IMG/VR virus record: IMGVR_UViG_2881341136_000002
Span: 1,733 to 65,732 of that record
Reading direction: 5' to 3' (one strand)
DNA: 64,000 nucleotides
DNA from: a virus
The notes under the pieces are model-generated. The model had not been told where the DNA came from and ran no database searches. It worked only from the letters and a program-made list of their open reading frames with translations. Both the position numbers and the translations under genes were made by a program. The first letter of the stretch is position 1. The number at the start of each line of letters is the position of its first letter. Of this stretch, positions 1 to 8,195 are shown one piece after another.

Positions 1-136
1 TGATGTACTCGTAACTCGCTGACTGATATTCCCGTGTAGCAGGATTAACGTGATAAACAGTAATCCATCCCGTGTTGATGGCTAATCCGCGTTCGTTCAG
101 TTCTGCGTTTTTAATTTGTGTTGAATAGTTGCTCAT
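1..136 (-). CDS. Tail fibre assembly protein (partial, runs off window)
   Basis: Own translation MSNYSTQIKNAELNERGLAINTGWITVYHVNPATREYQSASYEYI; TAATG overlap with the tail fibre stop. Confidence 0.85.
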   Translation of the reverse strand, partial: MSNYSTQIKNAELNERGLAINTGWITVYHVNPATREYQSASYEYI

Positions 137-1551
137 TATGCTGCTCTCACGATGTAGTTAAATGCGATATTGCGCGGGCGGGTTTCAGTGCCACCTTCCG
201 CACCAGTTATTCCGATATCATCGATAGAAAACCATGAAAAACTACCACCTCGGTCATTATCCCCACCTGGTGTTAGATATTTCGGGACATTACCGTGCGC
301 ATGCGCCTTCAGTTCATCGGATTGCCCTGACAACAACGCGCGACCAGCGTCAACCCCGCGTCCGTCATCCCAACCACGTACGAATTCACCACGTAAATCA
401 GGCAGGAAACCGGACGGGTAGCGGGACGCTAAAACAGGAAATTGTGCCGTGTCGAACTGCTGGCCGTTGCATTTCAGCCAGCCAGAGGGCGCAACCGCGC
501 CGGGGAATAGCTGCGGTAGTCCGGCGATTTCTACCGCCGTTACTGGCTGTTTTAGATTTTTATCAGTCCACAACTCGTGCTTTGTTGTCACTGTTCCGTC
601 GTTGTTGCCCGTCACCATGCTAATGCCGCCGTACGCCACGGTCGAATCTGGTGATATTCCCACCGATATTGCAGTCCACAAATCATCAGCGCGCATGATT
701 AGCGTCGGGGAATATTGTTTAGCTATCGTATTAATTGCGTCATTGCGTATGATTTGCGTAGGATTAGATGTGTTACGTAAAAATGGCAAAAAATCGGCAT
801 CAAACATTGAAATTTTTCCACCAAAACCACCAAATCCGTATTGCCCGACGATCATTATCGGGACATCGTTATGAAATAACTCGTTAGAATATATACGCAA
901 TGAACCACCGGATGAGGTGTTAGTACCCCCATCTGCAATGATTCTGGCATCATAATCGTTACCGTTACCGCTGGAGTTAAAATCTACAAACGGGGTGTTA
1001 GCTAAATTCTTAGAACCCAGTTCAACACCCGCATTTTTCGTATCAACAGTTACTGCTCCGACAAACACAGGGTTGTTGAGTAAACCGATGTTTTGCCTAA
1101 ATTGCGTTTTGTCTCGAATATCCGCGCCGTTCTGGTCTTTTGCCAACTTTCCATCTGCGTTTTGCATTGCAGCACGAACAGCGAGTGGTGTAGCCGCCAA
1201 TGTCTCTACGTCGCTGTTTGTCGCGCTACTGAGTCGCACAATCCCCGCGGTCGCTGTTGATGCGACGGGAATGTTACTGGCGGCGTTCTTTTGTAGGGCA
1301 ATCAATAGCGACTGCTGTAGTGCTGCGATATTCCCGTTATCTAACACGTCGGCATCATTCGTATCTGCAATAAACTGAGCCACGACAGACGCAATTACAG
1401 AGGCCTGCCGGACCGCTTTATTGATTTGCGCTGACGAGGCTTTACCGGACGTGAATCCGCTAAAGAGTGCCGGCAGGCTCTCCCATTCAGATTGTGATGT
1501 AACGTTAGCTCCCGCCGCTGTCGCGAACGGTTTAAACTGATTGTTAGCCAT
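136..1551 (-). CDS. Tail fibre protein with C-terminal tail-collar domain
   Basis: GWLKCNGQQFD...LPDLRGEFVRGWDDGRGVD...ETRPRNIAFNYIVRAA collar motifs; position after baseplate genes. Confidence 0.92.
   Translation of the reverse strand: MANNQFKPFATAAGANVTSQSEWESLPALFSGFTSGKASSAQINKAVRQASVIASVVAQFIADTNDADVLDNGNIAALQQSLLIALQKNAASNIPVASTATAGIVRLSSATNSDVETLAATPLAVRAAMQNADGKLAKDQNGADIRDKTQFRQNIGLLNNPVFVGAVTVDTKNAGVELGSKNLANTPFVDFNSSGNGNDYDARIIADGGTNTSSGGSLRIYSNELFHNDVPIMIVGQYGFGGFGGKISMFDADFLPFLRNTSNPTQIIRNDAINTIAKQYSPTLIMRADDLWTAISVGISPDSTVAYGGISMVTGNNDGTVTTKHELWTDKNLKQPVTAVEIAGLPQLFPGAVAPSGWLKCNGQQFDTAQFPVLASRYPSGFLPDLRGEFVRGWDDGRGVDAGRALLSGQSDELKAHAHGNVPKYLTPGGDNDRGGSFSWFSIDDIGITGAEGGTETRPRNIAFNYIVRAA
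1075..1100. other. gix/cix-like invertase crossover site inside the tail fibre gene
   Basis: GTTGAGTAAACCGATGTTTTGCCTAA matches the Mu gix site as recalled (TTCCTGTAAACCGAGGTTTTGGATAA) at 19/26 positions. Confidence 0.55.
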
Positions 1552-2215
1552 TTAGTGATGTCTCCCATGCGCCGGAATCAAACCCAGCGATGTATTCATT
1601 TTCGATGTCAAAACCGAAAAACTGATTTCCGACTGACGGATACAGAATTTCCCCTGAAAAAACTCCCGCAGCTTTTACTGTTAAATACCCCTGCCGGATA
1701 ACGGCTAATATTTCACGCGAAACGGAATCAATAGACGTTTCCGGGAACACCCAGACCGAGATCGTCATATCTTGATTATCGATAATCTGCATGCTCAGCC
1801 CCGACCCTGCTGTCGCAAAGTCAAGGATTGCGGGCAACGAATCGTTTTGCCCATCCCAACTGTTAATCGCAATTTTTGTGCGCAGCACAATGCGGTAGGC
1901 TTCATCTGATAAATCGACAAAGCCGGAATCGGGATCGAACTGGCGCTGCCATACGCCTTGGTCATACCCGACGTTGTCTGTGTCGAATGAAAAATAAACG
2001 CCGACAATCGGCTGCATAACAGCACGTGATCGACCTATCCACTCTCCGAGCACATCAAGCTGATCGCCGGCTGCGTTATCAATATCAAACGCACTAACAA
2101 GCGCCTGCATTTGGCTGGAAACATCAATAAGCGGTCGGGTTGATAAGTCAACGTGCTGGACGAAAAGCGATTTTGTTGCGTTGTAGTTGGGAATTAGCTT
2201 GGTGTATTTGCTCAT
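1544..2215 (-). CDS. Baseplate protein, DUF2612-like
   Basis: AFDIDNAAGDQLDVLGEWIGRSR motif; position between J-like gene and fibre. Confidence 0.8.
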   Translation of the reverse strand: MSKYTKLIPNYNATKSLFVQHVDLSTRPLIDVSSQMQALVSAFDIDNAAGDQLDVLGEWIGRSRAVMQPIVGVYFSFDTDNVGYDQGVWQRQFDPDSGFVDLSDEAYRIVLRTKIAINSWDGQNDSLPAILDFATAGSGLSMQIIDNQDMTISVWVFPETSIDSVSREILAVIRQGYLTVKAAGVFSGEILYPSVGNQFFGFDIENEYIAGFDSGAWETSLNG

Positions 2216-3411
2216 GGCACCACCGTGATCGATATGTTGTCAGCGCTGCATATTGGGGATTCATCGTATGCAGTAACGACATTTGCGGGCGCAACACTGC
2301 CCGAGGTGCGCCCCAACTTTAATTCGATAATGTCGTAATACCGCGCATCACCGCCACTCACTACGCCGAGGTTGGCCGGGGAATAAACACGGCTCAGCAA
2401 CACATCATCACCGATATCGAGTGAATTGATGTAGTCAGCAATCGATCGCCGCATTTGCTCATCTACTGCTGTCGTGTAACCCGTAAACACACGCATAGAG
2501 ATTGAAACGAATATCGGGACATCGATCGGGCGAGAGAACCGGATTACGTGATTGTTCCCATATGTGTCCGGTACCGTGACGGCTGTAGTTCCGAACGTCG
2601 CCACCCCCTGCCCTTTCTTCCCCCGAATTGTCTGTGCAATCTGCGTAACGTTCCCGCCCTCAATGATTGCGCCGATCGAATGTGCTGGCAGGCCGTTAGC
2701 ATCAACAGAACCCGTGTCATTCTCATACAATTTGTGTCGTGTAACCCCGTCAATTCCTGCTATCGCCCCATCGACAGCCTCAAACGGGGTGAGGGACGCA
2801 ATCGCAACGCTACGCGCTTGCCGTACGCGCAATGCCGCGTCGGTTTCTGCTGCCGCGCCTACATCAGCCGCGTTGGGGTTGGTTACAGATAACCAGCCAC
2901 GCGTCGGCGTGTTGATTTGATTCACTGAGTTCGCAACAGCGGCCACGGTTCCCGCTGTTGCACACGTCGCGGTAACAATAACGGTACCGTTTATGCCAAT
3001 GCTCACAGATGCAGGAAGATTCCAGATAACGCCGTTGGAGTCTTTCACGGATCCGTTCGTAATGGTTGTGCCTGCTGTGCCGCTTAGCGTCACATCAACC
3101 GTTGAATTAACCGCAGCGTGACGTGAAATCCCGTTGATTTTCACATTACGCGTCAGGGCATCAGATAGCGCGGTTGTCGGAGAGAATGAGTTATAAACAG
3201 CAATGGCCGATGTGTTCGCATCGTGTATAGCCAGCGCCACCAGCGCAACCATTTGCCCGTCTTTACTGTCCGGCTCCAGATAGGCATCGGTACCGTAAAT
3301 CTGTCTGAAGTAGTCAGTAATGGTGCTGAGTATGGTCTGATAATCGGGCGCACTGATCCCCTGAGCGGTTACCGTTGCCGATAAGCCCAGCGTGTCAAGA
3401 TTTAAGGCCAT
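2212..3411 (-). CDS. Baseplate J/gp47-like wedge protein
   Basis: Length, ETDAALRVRQ motif, synteny. Confidence 0.88.
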   Translation of the reverse strand: MALNLDTLGLSATVTAQGISAPDYQTILSTITDYFRQIYGTDAYLEPDSKDGQMVALVALAIHDANTSAIAVYNSFSPTTALSDALTRNVKINGISRHAAVNSTVDVTLSGTAGTTITNGSVKDSNGVIWNLPASVSIGINGTVIVTATCATAGTVAAVANSVNQINTPTRGWLSVTNPNAADVGAAAETDAALRVRQARSVAIASLTPFEAVDGAIAGIDGVTRHKLYENDTGSVDANGLPAHSIGAIIEGGNVTQIAQTIRGKKGQGVATFGTTAVTVPDTYGNNHVIRFSRPIDVPIFVSISMRVFTGYTTAVDEQMRRSIADYINSLDIGDDVLLSRVYSPANLGVVSGGDARYYDIIELKLGRTSGSVAPANVVTAYDESPICSADNISITVVP

Positions 3412-3764
3412 TACGCCTCCGAGGTTACTGTCGTTGTACCGTAGATTGTTTCGATGGTCGCAGTAAACGATACGCGCCGAGTAGCACTGTTTACTGTCGT
3501 GTTGAATTCGCTAATGCTGCTGACGCCCTGCGTTTCAAGGATGCGCTGGCGAATAGCCAGGTTGTAAGTGTCAGATCGCTGCTTTCCTAGCACGGACTGA
3601 ATCCACGGCGTGCCAGCGGCGGTATCCAGAAACCACTGACCGAGCCATAACTCGAAGCGGGTTTTTACCGCCTGCGCCACCGCTTCAGGTGAGTTAATCA
3701 GCCAGGTATCATCACCCTGCCCGAATGTGTAATCACCGTCCTCGCTTTCTCGTCGGTATCGCAT
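3411..3764 (-). CDS. Baseplate wedge protein (gp46/W-like)
   Basis: AVAQAVKTRFELWLGQWFLDTAAGTPW motif; synteny. Confidence 0.75.
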   Translation of the reverse strand: MRYRRESEDGDYTFGQGDDTWLINSPEAVAQAVKTRFELWLGQWFLDTAAGTPWIQSVLGKQRSDTYNLAIRQRILETQGVSSISEFNTTVNSATRRVSFTATIETIYGTTTVTSEA

Positions 3765-4519
3765 CAGTTCGGCGCTCCTGTATTCCCGCTGCCCGGCTGA
3801 ACGCCGCCGTGCGTATGCGTCATTACGCTCTTGCCACCAGCGGTAACATCATTGGTGACGTTCACGGGACCATTCATTGTTGCCGTTCCGCCGCGGTCAC
3901 CCATGCCCTGAGACAGATTGCCGTTAATCGTGACGTTGCCATTTAGCACAATCGACGGTGATGTGATTTCGGTACCGCCCTGCGCGCTGGCGGTCAACTT
4001 GCCCGGCGTGGTGACGGTAATGTTGTGATCGGCTGCCACTTCGACAAATGCCGCGCCGTCATCAGTTCGCAGCTGCGCAGCACTAGTACTGATGACGCTA
4101 ATTTTCTGCGCCTGTGATTGCGGACCCACAATGACGAAAGCATCAGACAGGTTGTGCATGCGGTCAGATACTGGCTCCTGAACGCCGCCAGACTGCCACC
4201 AAAAATCGATACAGCGATCGGCAAAAATAATCAGGCACTCATCACCAGGCGATACAGGAAACGTCAGCGTGCAACCGCCGCCGCGTGGGAATACAACGGG
4301 AACGTCTGTTAGCAGTTGCAGCGGATTTGACTCTTTATTGCTGTCACTACCTGTGTCCTGCCCCATAAGCGATGGCTGGACAACACACGTAACATCGTCT
4401 GGATTGAATGACTGAATAACACCGGGCATGGCAACGCGCAGACTGGACATCACGCGCTTCATCACGGTGTCGATCAAGTCTTGTTCGCTGTTGGTTTGGG
4501 ATTTAAGTGGTACGGGCAT
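3764..4519 (-). CDS. Baseplate central spike (Gp138/gpV-like)
   Basis: RVAMPGVIQSF...GDECLIIFADRCID; C-terminal THTHGGVQPG iron-binding motif. Confidence 0.88.
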   Translation of the reverse strand: MPVPLKSQTNSEQDLIDTVMKRVMSSLRVAMPGVIQSFNPDDVTCVVQPSLMGQDTGSDSNKESNPLQLLTDVPVVFPRGGGCTLTFPVSPGDECLIIFADRCIDFWWQSGGVQEPVSDRMHNLSDAFVIVGPQSQAQKISVISTSAAQLRTDDGAAFVEVAADHNITVTTPGKLTASAQGGTEITSPSIVLNGNVTINGNLSQGMGDRGGTATMNGPVNVTNDVTAGGKSVMTHTHGGVQPGSGNTGAPN

Positions 4520-4534
4520 ATTTTCTCCGGGCGT

Positions 4535-4558
4535 AAAAAAACCCGCCGGAGCGGGTTT
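4535..4558 (-). terminator. Intrinsic terminator closing the moron
   Basis: AAACCCGC-CGGA-GCGGGTTT stem; U-run on minus strand. Confidence 0.8.
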
Positions 4559-4586
4559 GAAGTGGTTTTAATAAGGTATTTTTATG

Positions 4587-4991
4587 TTAAGGAAGTAACC
4601 TTACAACCTCTTTAGCTAAGGCAATTGATGTAGCCCTATCGGTTTCTTTCATGGATACCTCCAGTCGATAATCTGCCTTAGTTCTTAATTGCTTACCAAG
4701 ATTCAAAAAGCCAGCAATCTTGGACTGAGTATCATTAGACAATCCACCGCATAAACTACCACATGTACCATTAGAAAATGATGATATCAACCGATGATGC
4801 ACACCGCCAGTTGTTTGGGGTAACGGTATTTTGGAGTCGCCAACTTTTTGTTTTGCATGTAAATACCCTGAATAGTACGCCCTGCTAATTGAATTCCTTA
4901 ACTTCATTTCATCCGAAGCTAATTGAGGGCTTTCTGCTATCACTAGAAAATCATTCGGTAAAACTGACATAAGTCTCAAGCTCCGAATCAC
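4587..4991 (-). CDS. HEPN-like domain protein (moron; start may be the internal MSVLP)
   Basis: RNSISRAYY...GGVHHRL...LRTKADY resembles the HEPN RAYY/RxxADY pattern; AT-rich. Confidence 0.6.
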   Translation of the reverse strand: MIRSLRLMSVLPNDFLVIAESPQLASDEMKLRNSISRAYYSGYLHAKQKVGDSKIPLPQTTGGVHHRLISSFSNGTCGSLCGGLSNDTQSKIAGFLNLGKQLRTKADYRLEVSMKETDRATSIALAKEVVRLLP

Positions 4992-5757
4992 TTGCTACAA
5001 AAATCGCACCAACAGACCAGTCTGTCACACCAGCCTTAACTCGATCAGATATCAGTTCAATATTCATCTCCGCGCATTTTTCAGCACTTGCGCCGCATAT
5101 ATGCAACTCATACAGAAGAGATGGCGCATCATCACTGAGATCAAGGAGTCGATTTGCTGAGTTCAATTTTTGTTGCAAATCCAGCTTGCTAGTCATTAGC
5201 ATGGATATTGATTTTATCTCGCTATGCTTGTTATAACGCTCAGAAATATCCGCGTCTCTCTTTCCTTTCAGCATATTTCCCTCATCATTTTCACGTAGCA
5301 GTTCATCATATTTTCCTGTTTTTGTTATGAAGTTATGCATTTCAAGAAAGTATGAATAATCAGCCGAGTTGGACGAGTAAAAGCACCCCTCATAAGCTAG
5401 CGCGGGGCTTTTTGTGGCAGGAATGGCTCTCCTTGTGATCTCAAGAGCTTTATCAGACCCACCTCGCCAAAAAGAGCACAGAATGTAGTGCCGCCATGTA
5501 ACAATATCATGTGGCATAAGGCTCACAGCTTCCTCAGCTAACTGTATCCCCTTATCCAAATTATTAATTGTAAAATAATAAAAAAACCAAGCGGCGCAAC
5601 TAAGACCCGGATCTTTTACATCAAGTATTTGTCTGAGTGTTCTCTCCTTAACGAACGGAGTTAACTCGCACTCAAAACATAGCACGGGAGTAAGGCTCTC
5701 CACCACTCTGTTTACAGTCCTGATGTCATTTGATTTTTGCGTCTTTGGGGTAGCCAC
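4951..5757 (-). CDS. Hypothetical protein with TPR-like helical region (moron), GTG start
   Basis: 268-aa AT-rich ORF; GIQLAEEAVSLMPHDIVTWRHY TPR-like segment; overlaps the HEPN gene. Confidence 0.6.
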   Translation of the reverse strand: MATPKTQKSNDIRTVNRVVESLTPVLCFECELTPFVKERTLRQILDVKDPGLSCAAWFFYYFTINNLDKGIQLAEEAVSLMPHDIVTWRHYILCSFWRGGSDKALEITRRAIPATKSPALAYEGCFYSSNSADYSYFLEMHNFITKTGKYDELLRENDEGNMLKGKRDADISERYNKHSEIKSISMLMTSKLDLQQKLNSANRLLDLSDDAPSLLYELHICGASAEKCAEMNIELISDRVKAGVTDWSVGAIFVASDSELETYVSFTE

Positions 5758-5816
5758 TATGACTCACTCTAGTTAATTTTTCTTTTAGCCTAACAGTTAT
5801 ACAGTGAATGCTCCAA

Positions 5817-6161
5817 TCACTTCACTTTTTTACAATCATACGACCAGAACCGCCGAGGTTCATCCATGTTCCTGCGAATGACTTCGACGTTGAGGATCGG
5901 TTTGCTATCTCGTCTTATGTAGTCCATACCTAACCAGCGCCCCAGATTTTTATCCAGCACCATGATTTGAATCTTCATGTTGGCATAATCATCTTTTTCT
6001 TTTAAGAAAATGATTTTCTGCGTTTCTGGTTCAACTCCATTAACGCGCATCAATCCGTCATCTTTTGCCTGAAGGTAAAACGGGCCACATTGAAGGGCTG
6101 CGAGTGATGGAAGCGGAAGAAAGACAAGTAACGAAATAGACAATATGCGGCGCATGATCAT
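5817..6161 (-). CDS. Small exported protein
   Basis: Signal-peptide-like MRRILSISLLVFLPLPSLA; Cys near each end of the mature part. Confidence 0.7.
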   Translation of the reverse strand: MIMRRILSISLLVFLPLPSLAALQCGPFYLQAKDDGLMRVNGVEPETQKIIFLKEKDDYANMKIQIMVLDKNLGRWLGMDYIRRDSKPILNVEVIRRNMDEPRRFWSYDCKKVK

Positions 6162-7270
6162 TATTGTAGGTCAACCTCTTTAATCATCGATGGACTCATT
6201 GGGCTCATATTTCCTTTCGCCAGACAGAGCAAATCCATGTACCAAGCCTGTCCGCGAGTATCTCCAGTATAATTGATCATGCCGACAAAGTAATCGCCGT
6301 CTGCGTCAACGCCTGGCCCCGCATAGGCAATGTCGGTATCTATCATTTTCGGGCGCTGCGGGGTGTCTACCACCAGCACGCCATCCTGATTTCTCTCCGA
6401 TATCCGCCCGTTCGCCATCGCCACATCACCATTACCCAGCGCTGCGCGATACACCGAAGCCTGATCGATGCGTATCAGCCCGCCCAATTTAATGTTTGGG
6501 TTAATCAGACACCGCACATTCACCCCGCCGCCCATCGTCTGCTGTGGCATACCGATAAGGCCCGTATCAGCGTTCAGTACAACCGCTTTTGCGCCAATAT
6601 ATTTATCTTTAGGGATGATGTTGACCTGATTATTGTCATACCAAAAATACGCGTTACAGTTTTCGGCGATCTCAGTCATCAGTTTGCTGGTTGTGCTGTA
6701 AATAGTGCAACCACGCGGGAATACAGTGTTATGCAACACGTCAGGTACATTGCCACGGGTAATACCAAATGGCTCCAGCGATTTCATGCCGAGGTTAAAC
6801 AGGTCGTCATACGTCCATCCCGCCGCCACCGTCGTTTTGACCCTGCCGTGAAGATGACCTTCCCAGCAATCAATACATTGCAGCAGTATCCAACTGTCGG
6901 TGGCATTATCCTTGCCTTTGATGGTGAAGCGGATATCACCGTTAAAAATCAGGCCATAGTTCCGATCATCCATTTGACCAACATCATCACCATTCACGCT
7001 CCGCGCTACGCCGACCTCGGAGGCCTTAACGTCTGGCGCAATACCATCATATCCGGCAATAACGCGGATTTTGCTGAACTCGTTACCCATAATGCGGTTT
7101 TGGGTATCGCGTGACAGGTTATAAACCCTGAAATTACCCACGAACCCGCCAAATTGGGATGATGGCATCTTTTCAATGTTAAACGTCACTTTGAAATTAC
7201 TTAGGCGAATACCTTCGCCCTTATCATTCAGCACTTGCAGTTCAAAATGACGCATCCAGTTTTTAGACAT
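6161..7270 (-). CDS. Baseplate hub protein
   Basis: 369 aa; NWMRHFELQV...LNADTGLIGMPQQT; synteny. Confidence 0.75.
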   Translation of the reverse strand: MSKNWMRHFELQVLNDKGEGIRLSNFKVTFNIEKMPSSQFGGFVGNFRVYNLSRDTQNRIMGNEFSKIRVIAGYDGIAPDVKASEVGVARSVNGDDVGQMDDRNYGLIFNGDIRFTIKGKDNATDSWILLQCIDCWEGHLHGRVKTTVAAGWTYDDLFNLGMKSLEPFGITRGNVPDVLHNTVFPRGCTIYSTTSKLMTEIAENCNAYFWYDNNQVNIIPKDKYIGAKAVVLNADTGLIGMPQQTMGGGVNVRCLINPNIKLGGLIRIDQASVYRAALGNGDVAMANGRISERNQDGVLVVDTPQRPKMIDTDIAYAGPGVDADGDYFVGMINYTGDTRGQAWYMDLLCLAKGNMSPMSPSMIKEVDLQ

Positions 7271-7272
7271 GA

Positions 7273-7575
7273 TTACTCCGTTACCACATAAAGATGGCTG
7301 TAAATGCCGAGATCGGTTTTGGTTGGGTTCTCCTGTCCGGCGACATCACAGACAACGACCAGAGAAAAACCCAGATTCAGGTAGGTGTATTGCAGTAGCA
7401 GGTCATAACCCGTTATTAGTGGGATACTTCCTGCCACAAGCCCCCCAGCGCTATCCATCAGATTCAGTGACCAGAACGTTTCGCGCCAAACGATGCTTAT
7501 CTGGTATGTCACACCAGCAAGCTGGGTGCTGAACGTCTGGTTGTTAGGGCTTAACGGGATTTCAGTAACATTCAT
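7273..7575 (-). CDS. Baseplate/tail protein
   Basis: 100-aa ORF in the tail operon, IPLITGYDLLLQY motif. Confidence 0.65.
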   Translation of the reverse strand: MNVTEIPLSPNNQTFSTQLAGVTYQISIVWRETFWSLNLMDSAGGLVAGSIPLITGYDLLLQYTYLNLGFSLVVVCDVAGQENPTKTDLGIYSHLYVVTE

Positions 7576-8195
7576 AAGCCCCCCACCAATCCCGATATAG
7601 CTCCGCCAATAGAACTGAGCACTGACTGGTTATTGACGGGTGTCGGGGTTTTAACCCCCGAATCAATGACCGCGGATGTGCTGGTTCCCAATGCCATGTT
7701 TTCTTTCGGCGCAACATTGATGTCACTCGTTTCGGAGATAATCAGCTCTCGTAACGTGATAACCGCCATCAGCACATTTTCGCTGGTTCTGTCCGTGGTC
7801 ACATCCAGCGAGCGGATCAACATGTTCTGATACTGACGCTTGCCTGTCGTCACATCGAATGGCAGTCGCAGGCGTTGCAGGTCGAGCAGCTGCTGATAAA
7901 CCTCCTTGGGGCTAAGGCCAATACTCAGACCGATTCTTGATGTATCGAGCAGCGATGAATCCAGCAATGAACCACCGCCAGCAAAACCCACCTCCATCAC
8001 AATTTCTGAGGGTCGCCGGTAGGCATGATCGGAAATCGTTCCTGAATACTGGGATGCAACGATATTCGTCGGCCGTTCAACGGGGTGTTCCGTGATTTCC
8101 AGCACATCGGAATGTTTTTCTGAAATAACAACATCGGGAATAATCAGGCCGATAGACCGACTTCGCTGATTAAACAGTACGGATAGCACATCCAT
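7572..8195 (-). CDS. Tail tube initiator/baseplate protein
   Basis: LEITEHPVE...VTTGKRQYQNMLI motifs; directly after tape measure. Confidence 0.7.
   Translation of the reverse strand: MDVLSVLFNQRSRSIGLIIPDVVISEKHSDVLEITEHPVERPTNIVASQYSGTISDHAYRRPSEIVMEVGFAGGGSLLDSSLLDTSRIGLSIGLSPKEVYQQLLDLQRLRLPFDVTTGKRQYQNMLIRSLDVTTDRTSENVLMAVITLRELIISETSDINVAPKENMALGTSTSAVIDSGVKTPTPVNNQSVLSSIGGAISGLVGGL

Noticed and set aside
5785-5806. LexA box upstream of the HEPN moron
   Set aside because: Only a TATACAGT half-site; the CTG-N10-CAG spacing is not met.
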